Assembly (NCBI RefSeq): GCF_006345805.1
Contig: NC_043000.1
Coordinates: 70,494,001 to 70,558,000 of the forward strand
Source: Octopus sinensis
Lineage: Eukaryota
DNA length: 64,000 bases
Reading direction: 5' to 3'
Shown here: one piece after another, positions 27,020 through 40,200 of the stretch
Position numbering within the stretch: the stretch's first letter is position 1
Layout of the letters: every line of letters begins with the position of its first letter
The notes under the pieces: model-generated
The model's database searches: none
Told to the model about the DNA's origin: nothing
Seen by the model: only the letters and a program-made list of their open reading frames with translations
Translations under genes and position numbers: made by a program

Positions 27020-28644
27020 TGTAGGTGTGTGGTTGTGTACTAAGTTCACATATTCCAGTCCCTTTCGTAAAGCCAAGAAACTGTATAAACATCGCAAACA
27101 ACTTTTGCAGTGACTTAACATTCAAGTCACAAAGACAGTGTTTCACGCTATTGATTAAGAAGTACTATGTGCATTATTTTGATTGCAAAGTGGGTAACCA
27201 GGATAAAATCTGGGCCCCCTTATGTGTGTTGTGTAACCTGTCAGGCTTCTCACTGCATGGTCCAAAGATTCACACCATATGCCTTTTGTCATCCCAATGA
27301 TTTGGAGAGAGTCCAAAGATCACACTTCAGATTACTACTTCTGCATGACAAATATACAAGGTATAACATCAAAATCCAAGCATACTGTAAAATATCCTAA
27401 TTTACAATCTACTATGAAACCAGTACTTCACAGTCGACACTTACCTGTATCTGACCCTCCAAAACAAATGACAGTGACAATGAGTCAAGTGATGAAGTGT
27501 GGAGAAAGAGCCTAACTGTGTGGGATTTGAAGTTGTTGAAAAAGCAAGCTGATCCTCTTGGTTCCAGGTTAAATGGCTGGAATCTTCTCCAGAAAGAGAA
27601 CAAAGTTAGTTTTTATCATGCTTGGCATTGTAATTTTGCAAATTCTTTTATCACTTGAGGATGGTGTAATGTTTTGTAATGATGTATATTCTGTAATAGA
27701 GGAACTTAATCATGAATATAGCACAAATGAGTGGTGTTTGTTTATTGACATCTCAAAAGTAAGCTGGAAAGCAGTTTTACTCCACAATGGAAATAAGTTT
27801 CCTTCTGTTCCTCTGGCCCATGCAGCTAACATGACAGAAACATATGAGAGCATAAAGCTTCTGTTGCAAAAAATTAAGTATGAGGAACATAAATGGAATA
27901 TTTGTAGTAATCTAAAAGTTGTGGCACTTTTACTTGGAATGCAGGTGGGTTACACCAAGTTTTGTTGCCTCCTTTATCTGCTTCCTTTGCATATGAAGCT
28001 AGGATTCATAAAGAATTTTGTTAAAGGTATTCATGTATTTGGAAACTAAATTTTCAAGAGTAAGTGATGCAAAAATTAAAGCGGGTATTTTTGTTAGGCC
28101 ACAGATCAGGGAGCTGATGAGAGACCAAGAGTGTGATGAAGATATCAATGATGTTGAAAAATCTGTGCATTTAAGAAAGTTTACAGAGACTTTGGGGGGA
28201 ATCATAGAGCAGATAACTTTTCTGACATGGTGAAAGACCTACTGACATCATACAACACCTTGGGATGCAATATGAGCCTAAAATCCACTTCTTGAATTCT
28301 CACTTAGACTTTTTCCCTGCAAAAATCTTGTAGCTGTCAGTGACAAGCATGGCAAAAGGTTTCAGCAGGACATTCTGAACATGGAAACTCGGTACCAAGG
28401 AAAGTGAGGCTCTTCTATGTTGGCTGATTATTGTTGGTCACTAATGTTGGCTGATTATTGTAGGTTCCAGAAGCTAAATACAGTAAAAAAATCATACACC
28501 TCTATGTTAATTACTTAGTCACATAAAAACCATGCCCAATAGAAAAATTCTAAAAACGGTTTTCAAATCTGCATTAAAAGTACTATAAAGTTCACTTTCT
28601 TTAGTTCATAGGACAGCAAAAAGTTTGAGTTTTGTTCACCAGTG
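27020..28644 (+). mobile_element. Chapaev3-like (CMC) DNA transposon, decayed
   Basis: QDKIWAP, PMIWRE..DH..DYYFC, LFID.SK.S.KAVLLHNGN, PLHMKLG, GIFV.PQIR, SHLDFFP, VSDKHG.RF; right end ...TTGTTCACCAGTG. Confidence 0.7.
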
Positions 28645-30279
28645 TAATCAATCCAATAAACTTTCTAGATTCAGCAAAATTTATTTCTATCCACTTATCT
28701 TTATAGACACAAGTTCCTTTGACATTTGTCCATATTTGGATTATTTCCAGGAGATTTGGATTCATGAACAATATAAATGAGGAAAGAGCTGAATCACAAA
28801 ATCTACTTGCAAAATGGCAAGGTCCAAGCTGTTGATGTAAAACATTGTAGGATGGAATTCTTCTTGTGTCCTTTCAATTGTGTTCTTCAAAGATGATACA
28901 ATACTAATTGTTTGCTTCATAAAGATGATGCATTAAATAGTATCATTGCATCATCTTCAAATGTTTTAGTAAATGCTATTAGAGATCTTTGCCAAGCAGT
29001 ATGGGATGAGGTCATGAAAGCTGACCTAAAGATGCTGTGCCTTACAGAGGAGATGATAATGGATTGGGAGGGCTGGTGCTCTTTTATACTCAAGAAGACC
29101 TGCCCATAGTAAACGGAGCACCTACCCAAAACCTGGTCATGGAATCTCACCATGTTGTGTGCACTAGGGATAAAAAATTTTATAACTCCATAGTCCTGTA
29201 TCATATTCTGATGAGATTTCGCTGGAAGACAATGAAAATCAATGCGTTTTTTTGTATTTTTGTATTCAATCAAAAAAGTTCACCCATGACTAACTTTGAA
29301 ATTTTTATACTTTGTTGCATTTGGATGGATTTTCAAATACTAGAACCCTGATAGAATAAACCAAAATGGGCAAAAGATCTAAAACATTTAATTCATAACT
29401 GTTAAAAGGACTCTGTTCTGCATTCCAGAACAATAAAAATAAGGTAAGTCATATAAAGTCAAATTAATCAATAGTCAAGTTGCAGCAAGTCTAATAGAGA
29501 GAATGAAACACAATGGCAGGTTGGCTTTGTTCTTGTATATAGCATGTAGTTCTTGCATAACCTTAATTGCTCGCCCACAACATTAATTATTTCTGCTGAT
29601 GTTTAGTTTTGATGTCTTTTGTTTCCAATGATTTGTCAAGCATTTCAAAGAAATCTTGTAGGGTAGTAAGGCTTGTGATAGCTCTGCATAATCTTCAGCT
29701 CTATACACTTGGTCACTGAACCGCCCAGTCATATAAGATGAACTGGCAGACCATCTGCAATCTCTCACATGTGGCATGAGGTAAAATGCAAGGAGGGTTA
29801 AGATTGCTTGCGAATTCCACTGGCATTACTGCTCTTCAGAATTTTGTGAAACTAGATGAAAGGTGTGTCTCCCTTTTCATAGAAGAACCTGAAGGCACAG
29901 GTTAAGTGGAACAGAAACTTCATATCATTTCTCCAACCAGCATGATCTTCAATGATGAGTTCCATTCTGGAAGGAGCCTTGGAGTACATTACTTGTCATG
30001 AATTTTTTGACAAGAAAATATTTGATGTTGAGTGAATTGCTTGCACCTGCTAACTCCTCATCCATAACAATGCGTAGGATTCTGTCCAAGACATAGTGTT
30101 AGCAGCTCAGAAAGTGTGGCTTGTCATAGCCTTTACTGAAAAAATTTCTCTGCAGTCTAAGCACTATCTCACTCTTTTGTCCTGTATTCTCACTTGTCAT
30201 ATCAGCAATAATCATCAAAATTGTGCCCCACAAGTGAAATTCATCCAAGACACTTTTCAATCCTTCTGGAAGTTCCTAT

Positions 30280-32400
30280 GGAATAACCTACTGAAGGCTA
30301 CAAGTGAAATCTGTGTTGGGGCAAAGTCCCGGCTAGACCAAGGGTGACATGGTGGTGAAACAAGGAGGTAGACAATGCTATAAAAGCAAAGAGACAGGCC
30401 TGGAAAGACTGGGAAAATGGTAGAAGCAGAGAATTATATCAGGTAGCCAAAAGGGCAGCTAAGTGTCAGGTTTACATAGCAAAAAGAATAGCTGAAGGTA
30501 AGAGATTTGCAAATGTTCTACAGCATGAGGATCAGAGGCATGAGGTGTTCAAGATTGCAAAGCAGTGTATCAGAAATATTAGGTGGTAGGTGAGAAATGT
30601 GTGCAAATGGATAATGGTATGTTTGCACTTAGTGACTCAAAGAAGAAAGATGCATGGCTGTGTTACTATGAAAGGTTACAAAATGTAGAAAATAAATGGG
30701 AGAAGGAGATTCTACCAAATATCGAACCAATTCGGGGACTAGCCATCAGAGTTGATAGCAGCATAAAAGATAAAGCAATTAAGGATATGAAGACAAGGAA
30801 AGCCCCTGGGCCATCAGGAATCACTGCTGAGATTATTAAAACTTCCAGTGGTGTAAGATACAGCTAAGTCACCTGTATAGTTAATCAGGTTATTCAGGAA
30901 GGCACCATCCCCAATGACTGGTGTAGTAGTATCATAGTTAGCTGCTACAAGGGTAAAGGTGATGCCTTAGATAGAAACAACTACAGAGGGTACTAAACTG
31001 CTAGACCAAATTATGAAAGTTACTGAGAGGGTTATAGCTTAATTAATTAAAAATAGAATTAAACTTGATGTACCTGGGGAGAGTACCACAGATGCAATCT
31101 CCCTAGTGAGACAGCTGCAGGAAAAGTACTTGGTCAAAAATAAGCCATTGTACTTAGCATTCATTGGTCTGGAGAATACTTTTGACAGAGTTCCTTGCTG
31201 TTATAAGGTTATCTCTAAGGAAGTTAGGAGTAGAGGAGTGGCTTGTTAGAGCTATCCAAGCCATGTACAGTGATTTTTCCAGTAAGGTGATAGTCAACCA
31301 TGAATACAGTGATGAATTTAGAGAACAGGTAGAGGTTCACCAGGGCTGTTCTCAGTTCAGTCATATTCATTATAGTCCTCCAGGCCATAACAGAGGAATT
31401 CAAAACTGGGTGCCCATGGGAACTGCTATATGTTGATGACCTTACTCTTATTGCAGAATCTTTAACAGAACTGGAGAAGAAATTCCAGGTATGGAAACAA
31501 AACATGGAATCAAGGGGCCTTAAAGTTAACCTAACAAAGACTAAAGTTGTTGTTAGTAAGAAAGAAGATAAAGCTCTCTTTCCATCAGGTAAATGGCCCT
31601 GCTCAATATGTAGGAAAGGAGTTGGAAGAAATTCCACTCACTACACCCAGTGTAAACAATGGACAGATACCAGGTGCAGTGGAATCACTGGTAGATTAAC
31701 AGATAAAGTCGTCTTTGTATGTGGCAGATGTGCAGGAACAATAAGCACTAAGAGCACAAGGGCCTTAGAGTCTCTCAAATGCTAAGGAGACTCTCTTGAG
31801 ATTGTAGACAGTTTGTTACCTAGATGACCAAATTAGCAATGGTGGAAGATGATCTGAAAGTACTGTTTCTAGAAAAGGATTGAGTGGAGGAAGTTCAGAG
31901 AGCTATTACTTCTGTTGGGAACAAAGGATTCTTTCTCAGAGTGCAAGGTAGACTGTATGATGCTTGTGTGTGAATGGCTATACTCCATGGTAGTGAGATA
32001 TGGGATCTGAATGCAGAAGACATCCATAGACTAGAAAGAAATGAAGGTAGTATGCTCCATTGGATGTGCAACATCAGTGCGCATGTACGACAAAGTGAAA
32101 ATGTATTGAGAGAAAAATTGGGCATAAGAGGAATCAAATATAGCATGCAAGAGAGAAGACTACATTGGTTTGGTCATGTGATGCATATAAATTAGGACAG
32201 CTGCATAAAGAAATGCTGATCACTGAAAGTGGATGATACTTGCAAAAGTGGGAGACCCAGGAAGACATGGGATGAGGTGGCAAGGGCTAATCTCAAGATG
32301 TTGGGCCTCATGGAGGAAATGGCAATTGACCAAGATGCCTGGTGATATGAAGTTCTTAAGAAGATATGCCCACATCAGCGAAACTGAGTTCTAGAAGCAC
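30280..32400 (+). mobile_element. RTE-clade LINE, decayed
   Basis: KAPGPSGI, LLYVDDL, GLKVNLTKTK, WPCSICRKGVG, ERRLHWFGHV. Confidence 0.88.
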
Positions 32401-33329
32401 TGTATGTACCACCCACATTTATCAAGAAAACTTTTCACATACCCTACCACAACAAACCAAACTACATCTCTTCCTTGCATTTCCACTTCATGCACTATGC
32501 TTACCTCTAACTCCCCAATCCTGTCCTCTTGGCTCTGTTTCACTGTATCATCGCTCTCTGCTAGCCCTGACCTGTGTGTTTCACCCACACATCCTGTCTC
32601 ACTGCATCATTGCTATCTCCCAACCTGTATATTTCACCCACATGTAACAAGAAAACTTTTCACACACCCTACCTCAACAAACTAATCTACATCTCTTTTC
32701 TTCCTCACATTTCCTCTTTCATACACTATGCCTACCTCTCACTCCTCAATCCCTTCCTCACAACCTTGTTTCTCTGTATCATTTCTATCTAGTTGCCCCC
32801 ACCCCCACTCTATATATACCAAGGTTTTCACCACTCACTTCTCCACCCTGCTCTGTACTCTCTAATCCTACTTGTTTGGCAATATCCTGTCACTTATATT
32901 ATGACCGTCGAACCTCAAGGGTATGCCCTGGCACTTATCTCCATCTATATTTCTCTCTTCTTTTACTCTGTGAGTATGCCCGGCACTTTGCTACCATCTT
33001 TGCAACCATCCCATTTATACCCTTGTGAGTATGCCCGGCACTTTTTCACCATCTCTGTCCTGCTGTCTTCCACTCTCTCCCTCTCCGTGTCCAGCATTTC
33101 CCTCAGATTGGGCAACCATGTATCTCCTTTGTGGCAGCACACATGTTTCTGGCTCTATTCCTGATCTCTCTCTCTCTCTCTCCAGTTAACCTTGTACCTC
33201 TCTCTGTCCAGGTAACCTTGACATCTGTTTCTGTTTCTCAATCTCACTATAACCTTTCATCATCTGACAAAAGATCACCTCCTCCAATGACCCCTTCTGT
33301 TTCAGTCTCTCAAAAGATTTTTGTCTCAC

Positions 33330-33640
33330 AAGTTACTTGGTGACCCTGTCAGTGCAAGTGCCATTTACAAAGCATCCAGTCCACACTGTAAAGTGGTTGG
33401 CATTTGGAAGGGCATCCAGCTGTAAAAACCTTACCAGAATTGATCTTGCCTGTACTTGTGCCACATAAAAAGCACTAAGTCCACTCTGCTGAGTGGTTGG
33501 TGTTAAGAAGGGCATCCAGCTGTAAAAATCCTGCCAAAGCAGTCACAGAAGTCTGGTGCAGGTTTCTGCCTGGCTGGCTCCTGTCAAACCATCCCACCCA
33601 TGCCAGCATGGAAGGTGGATGTTAAATGATGATGATGATG
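33330..33640 (+). mobile_element. RTE 3'-tail/SINE fragment ending in (GAT)n
   Basis: GGAAGGGCATCCAGCTGTA...CCATGCCAGCATGGAA...GATGATGAT, shared with ~26550-26697 and ~59580-59730. Confidence 0.7.
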
Positions 33641-33789
33641 TATGCATGTGTTTATATGAGTGTTGCATACATCTAAGTGTATGCCTGTGTATATGCGTGT
33701 ATGGGGGTGCAATATATATGGAATACATATATATTTAAATCTATAAATATCTAAACCTTGCTTTCTAGTTATCCTGTTCTCTCTTCCTG

Positions 33790-35930
33790 GAATTCATGAT
33801 GTGCATGGAAGTTACAACTTTGGCTCTAAGAATAAGGTGGGGAAAAGGATGCTGGAGTTCCGTAATGCAAATGATCTCATGATCTGCAACACTAACTTCT
33901 GGAAATCAGCCAGCCACCTGATCGCTTATTAGTCTGGTTGGCACATAAGTCAAATTGATTACATCATCACCAGACAATATAATAAACAGATGCTCACAAA
34001 TGCAAAGCCTTTCCCAGGTGAAGAACACACAACTGAACATAGAGTACCAGTGAGTAATTTCAGAATTAGAGCTAGAAGGACTCAGATAAATAAACTCAGC
34101 AAACCAACAGAAATTTAGAGATATTCTAAAGGAAGTTTCTGATGAGAAGGAGGAGTTGGAGATATATAACTTAGAGGACAGTTAAAAGATACTGTGGGAC
34201 AACCTACTGAGGGCTATAGACCAATTCTGTGGCAAAGCCCCAGCTAGGTTAGGGTGACATGATGGTTGAACAAGGTTGTAGACAGTACTATTAAAGTAAA
34301 GAGACAGGCCTAGAGAGATTGGAAAAAAAGGTGGAAGTAGAAAATTACATTGGGTAGCCAGAATGGAAGCTAGATAACAGGATTACACAGCAAAAGGAAT
34401 AGCAGAGAGTAAGAAATTTGCCAATGTTCTACAGCATGAGGTTTTCAGGATTGCAAAACAGAGAGAATAGAGATGTTGTAGCAATTAAGAGTATGAAGAC
34501 AGGGAAAGCTTCTAGACCATCAGGAATCACTGATGAGATGCTTAAAATATCAACAACTACAGAGGTGTCAAACTGCTGGAGCATGTCATGAAAGTTACAG
34601 ATTTATAGCTGAATTGATTAAGAATAGAAGTAAACTAGATGAGATACAGTTTGGTTTTGTGACTAAGAAGAGTATCACAGGTGCCATCTTCCTAGTGAGA
34701 CTGTTGCAGAAGTATCTGGCTAAAAGTAGACCATTGCACATAGCTTTAATTGACCTGGAGAAAGCTTTTGACAGAATACTTTGTTCTGTTATCTGGTGGT
34801 CTTTAAGGAAGTTAGGAGTAGATGAGTTAAAGCTGTACAAGCCATGTACAACAGTGCTGCCAGTAGGATGAGATTCGGCTATGAATACAGTGAGAAATGT
34901 AATGTATAAGTAGGGGTTCACCAGGGATCAGTTCTCATCCACTCTTATTCACCATAATCCTTCAGGTCATAGCAGAGGAATTTAAAATAGGCTGCCTGTG
35001 GGAACTACTAAATGCTGATGAACTTGCTCTTGTTGCAAAATCTATAGCAGAATTGGAGAAGAAATTCCAGGTATGAAAGCAAAACCTGGAATCAAAAGGC
35101 CTTGAAGTTAATCTAGCAAAGATCCAAGTTGTTGTTAGCAAAGAAGTAGATACGACTCTCTTTCTATCATGTAAGTGGTCATGCTCAATATGTTGGAAAA
35201 AATTCCAATCATTGTACCCAGTGCATGTAATGGACACATAAGAGGCGCTGTGGAAACACAGGTAAGTTAACAGAGAAAGTTGTCTTCCTATGTGGCAGAT
35301 GTGCAGGAACAATAAGTAGTAAGGACACAGGGGCGTTAGACTCTTTCAAATGCCCAGTAGGCTTTCTTGGGGTTGAAGATAGCTTCTGTTACTTAGATGA
35401 CCAAATTAGCAGTGGTGGAGGATGTTCTGAAAGTATTGTTTCTAGAAAAAGAATAGGATAGAATAAGTTCAGAGAGCTATTACCACTGTTAGCAGCAAAA
35501 GGACTCTCAGAGTGAAAGGCAGATTGTATGATGCTAGTATAGCAACAGCTATTATACTTCAGAGTAGTGAGATGTGGACTCTGAATGTAGAAGACATGAG
35601 TAGACTTGAGAAGTATGAAGCCAGTGTACTCTGATTGATATGCAACATCAGTGTGCATGTACAAAAAAAGTACAAATGTGCTGAAAGAAAAGTTGGACAT
35701 AAGAGGAATCAGTGTAGCATGCAAGACAGAAGACTATGCTGGTTAGGACATGTGTATGAATGAAAACAGCTATATAAAGAAGTGCTGATCACTCAAAGTG
35801 GATACCCTACCAGGAAGACATGAGATGAAGTAGTGAGGACTGATCTCAAGATTTTGGACCTCATAGAGATGACAACAGACCAAAATGTTTAGCAATATAA
35901 GATTCTTGAGAAGGCCCACCCACCAGAGCG
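33790..35930 (+). mobile_element. RTE-clade LINE, decayed (APE end through RT)
   Basis: ICNTNF, QIDYII, IDLEKAFD, GVHQGSVL; many lesions. Confidence 0.85.
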
Positions 35931-35943
35931 AAACAGTTTAGAC

Positions 35944-36975
35944 ACCTCATAACTTTTTTATATTTTAGAATTTTCAGAAAATTTTTTTGCAAATTTGTGG
36001 GAATTCATACGATTATGCATTTTTTTTTTCTCCACTCCTTTTTTTCCTAAAATTTCTACTCTTTTTCGAATTGTCATTTGTTTCTGTTTATAATTTCAAA
36101 ATAATTTTTGAAATCCAAATTCAAAAAGTTCAAGATATTTGCGCATACGCATGGCCTATTATAGATTCTGGAACGAAGCAAACCATGTAACCAGTATTAA
36201 CTTTGTTAGCTTTTGGTATTTTCAAAAATTTTGCAAATTTGTATTCTACACAATGAACCTCGCACGATTATGCAAAAAAAAAAAAATTCGGGATTAAATT
36301 CCCCCCTCCCACAAATCCTTACGGATCCTCAAATTAGACTTAACCCATATTGATTGAGAACCTGAAGTCATTGCTGGGATTTATCCAGTGATTTTTTAAA
36401 AAGTTATGTAAAAGATATTTTAATAGCATACTTTTTGGTTAGTAAATGTATATTTCTTTTCTAACATACTCACATTCGTTTGGCAGGTAGTGTGTATAAA
36501 TTTAAATTACACATTTTTTTTTTTGCTTTAAATCCCAGAAATGGATCACCCTTGGACGCATCACCATTCCATTACATGTATTTATGTGGAGAAAAATATT
36601 CGAAAGCATCAATACATGTCAAAGTGACAGAGAAACGAGGAAGGTAATCGTGGGATGTGCTAGAAACAACAGCCAAATCTCCCGTTTGAAATTATATCAA
36701 AAGGGAGATTTGGCTGTTGTTTCTAGCACATCCCACGACTACATTCCTCGCTTCTCTGTCACTCGGACAGAAATAAATGGCAAATTCGAACTGTCTGTAT
36801 TTTAAAACTATGATTTTTTTTTTTAATCGAGAGAAAGTGGAAATTTTAGGGACAGGGCAGAGAGTTTGGATGATTAAAAAAATTACTTTTTGCACGATCG
36901 TTTGAATTCCAGTGTTTAGAACACACATTCGCAAAAATTTTCAGAAAATTCCAAAAATTAAAATGTTATGAAGGG
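35944..36975. mobile_element. MITE-like element with imperfect long TIRs
   Basis: CCTCATAACTTTT..AGAATTTTCAGAAAATTTTTT at the left end vs AAAAATTTTCAGAAAATTCC..ATGTTATGAAGGGTTA at the right end. Confidence 0.5.
36623..36763. repeat. ~140-bp near-perfect hairpin (MITE-like)
   Basis: AGTGACAGAGAA..AAATCTCCC and GGGAGATTT..TTCTCTGTCACT arms of ~60 bp. Confidence 0.85.
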
Positions 36976-37238
36976 TTATATGGGGTGCATAAACCAAGAT
37001 ACCGCCAAGGAAACTTACTTATAATTATTATATTCATTAATATTTATATGAAGTTTTGGCGATGTTTCGATTTAATTTCGTTTCATGCCAAGGGTTTTTA
37101 TTCTCAATTTGTAAAAGGTCTTCGTAAACATTTCTCAATAACGTCACATGGTACAACCGGACATGACCTATTACCAAATCTCATTTCCGTTTGGCTAATC
37201 TCGAACAAGTGAATTTTTCAACGTGATCGTATGAGAAG

Positions 37239-37260
37239 ATCCTTTTACTTCTTACTCCAT
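37239..37260 (+). promoter_or_regulatory. TCT initiator / 5'TOP tract of RPS8
   Basis: ATCCTTTTACTTCTTACTCC lies ~20 nt before ATG G|GTGAGT, the standard ribosomal-protein gene start; +1 probably C37242. Confidence 0.75.
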
Positions 37261-37261
37261 C

Positions 37262-40200
37262 ATGGGTGAGTATCTGTTTTTCTTATCCTTTAAAAATCCT
37301 GCGGAATCCTACGCATGTTTTAGAATATCTAACTGGTAAATTTGATATTGTTGAATTATAATCTTATAGATATAATTCTTTTTTGATATTTAGTTTTTTC
37401 ATATATATTTAAGGTAGTTTTTTTTTTTAATTCATTACGAGTAATGCTTTTTCGATTAATGCCTCGTGATCTTATCTAAGGCGGAAAATATTTAAGTTGA
37501 ATTGTGTGTGTACATAGCACTGGATTTGCCATGTCAAGAAAAACGTTTTTTATTGTACTCGTGCACACGTGCTTGTAACTGTTTCAAGAATTTGCCGATT
37601 CTAATTATATATTTTCTACAATGTCTTCGTAAAAAAAAAGGGGGGGGGGCGCACATGGGATTTGATAAATTTTGCAATACTAGCTTGAAGTAGAATTGTG
37701 TTGGCAGTGTAACGATATCACATCAATGGCTGACTTGGTCAAATACACAAATCCAAATACGTGTATATTACCTCATTTTATCAATAATCTGAAGAAATAA
37801 TTCGCCTAATATTAAACCATTTTTATCAGCATGTAAGTTAGTAATTTTTTTGTATTACCACTATTTCTCGTACACAAACATCAGTATTCTTTCGATTCAA
37901 ACAGCATAGTTGTCACGATCAACTACGCTGTTTGTAACGAAGGAATACCCAAACATCCTTTTTTAGGTGGTGACATTTTCTGGCCACAACTACTTTTAAT
38001 GATCTATAATAGCAATGTGCTCTAGTGGAAATATTAGTTTCAACTCGTCGGTGACTACTATATTAAACAGTCGTGAAGTGGAAACATTGCATAGCTATGT
38101 AACTTTCATTACCTTTTCTTGTAAATGGAAAAATATATTTTATACAGGTTCCTTTCAATTTGCCTATGCGTCTAAACTACTTTAGTTCCCAACGCATCTA
38201 CGTAGCTATAGAAAGGGGGAGGTAATCGAGTTCGGTAGATTTTTTTTTTTTCCGTGCGTCTTAACTTTGTAGAAAATGGATGTTTTTTTAATGAAATTCT
38301 CTACAAATTTACCTAGGACTATGCAGATTCCGAGGACATGGATTTTCTGGCGTGAGGGGCAATTGGGGATTATTTTTGTGAACTGCTCGCGGGTGTTTCT
38401 GAACAAGTCCATATTTCATTTTCTGTTTTGTGCAATCCGTAGATTTCTACCACACACACATATCAAACGGGGAATTGTTCCAATCAATATCATGTTTATT
38501 ATAGAGATTATGTAACAAATTATGCTTTACGCTTCTATATTTAACTGCCTGTATATGGGGAAAAAATTACGAAAAACTTCAAAATTTTAAATGGGGGTAC
38601 AAATCTGAGTGTGAACTGTAAAAACATCGTTACGTGGATGCATCGGGACCTCTGTATTTAAGTAGTGCTCTGTAGGCTGTAGGAATAATCTTTTAAATTT
38701 TCACAATATCGGTGCTGCAAGTACTGATTCAGACTGAATTTTCTCAATTTTTCAGGTATCAGTCGTGCGAATTGGCATAAGCGAAAAGCGACTGGGGGTC
38801 GTAAGGTTCAAATCCGCAAGAAGCGGAATTATGAGCTTGGCAGACCGGCTGCCATGACAAAGGTAAGCAGAGCTTATTTGTAGCTGTCCTTATTCGACCA
38901 TGTGAATGTATGTTGTTAGTTCTACTAACAACGTATATTCTATGTGATTATTTTCTAGCTGGGGTCCAGAAGAGTTCACACAGTAAGAACCAGAGGTGGC
39001 AACAGAAAATTCCGAGCTCTTAGACTAGACACAGGCAACTTTGCTTGGGGATCTGAAAGTAAGTATAATTTTCAATATTCTGTTTGGATAAGATGGCGAG
39101 CTGGCAGTGTCGTTATTGTGCTGGGCATTTCATTTCCTCTGTCTTTGCGTTCTGAGTTGAAATTCCGCGAAGGTCGACTTTGCCTTTCGTCCTTCTGAGG
39201 TCGGTAAAATAAGTACCAATTAAACACTGGGGTGGATGCAATCGACTTAACCCTTCTTCGAAATTGCTGACTTGGGGCCAAATTTAAAAACCAATATTTT
39301 GTTTGAATACAGTTGATTATGTAAAAGATCTAATGAAAGCTAGATAAAACATCTCGGGAGAACAGGTATGCTTTAATGGGTTGTGTTTTCCTTCTATTCT
39401 GTTGTTTCAGCCTTGGAGCTGTGGCCATGCTGGGGTTATATTTTGACTCAATATTAAAATGTGATTCTGTATAAGTAGTTTACTTCCCAACCACATGGTT
39501 CCGGTTTGAAGTTCTCTCTCCACGTCGCCCCCAATTGTCAGCGCGCGCGTTTTTCTTCATAGTCGTTTACTGCACATTGTTTTACACCTATACACTTTTT
39601 TCATTTTTGTGACCAAGAAGTTGGTTTTTCGGAGCCTGTGAATATTCCGAGTCCTCTCCCCTCCCGTTTTTGTTGTTTGCCTTCAAATTTGGTTATATGT
39701 AATTTTTTTATGCTGAGCGTATTTACTTGTTTCAGAGGTTTGATAAATTTTACACAGAAAAGATTTGGGAGCTGGCATTTTGTGTAATGACAATACACAG
39801 CTTTTAAACAACGGAAGTTCTAATGATTTTTCTAAAAAAATTTTCACCACAGCCTTTGAAATGATGTAAGATGGCATGTTTTTATGAAAAATTTTGGATC
39901 TTTTCCTTTTGAACGGCACATCTAGTTAACTAAACACTTTAAAACTTCGTATCCTGGTAGAATGTGTCAAAATAAAACATTTTTTCTCTTGGCTTTCTTG
40001 AGAAAATTGTAATTTAACGTAGTTTAATTTTTCGAGCTAAAGTCATTTGCTGCGTCTAAAACTGGGACATCCTCCCAAAATTAGCCTTTCGTTTTTTTTT
40101 TCTTAATTGTTTACGCGTGTCTAAAATTATTCGTTCTAGCCTTTCGTTATGTATACGTACGGAAAGCGTGTGTATAATGTTATAAAATTTTGTTTGTTAA

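Noticed and set aside
29100-30280. Possible old minus-strand Tc1/mariner remnant
   Set aside because: Only faint motif traces; no TIRs or boundaries I can support
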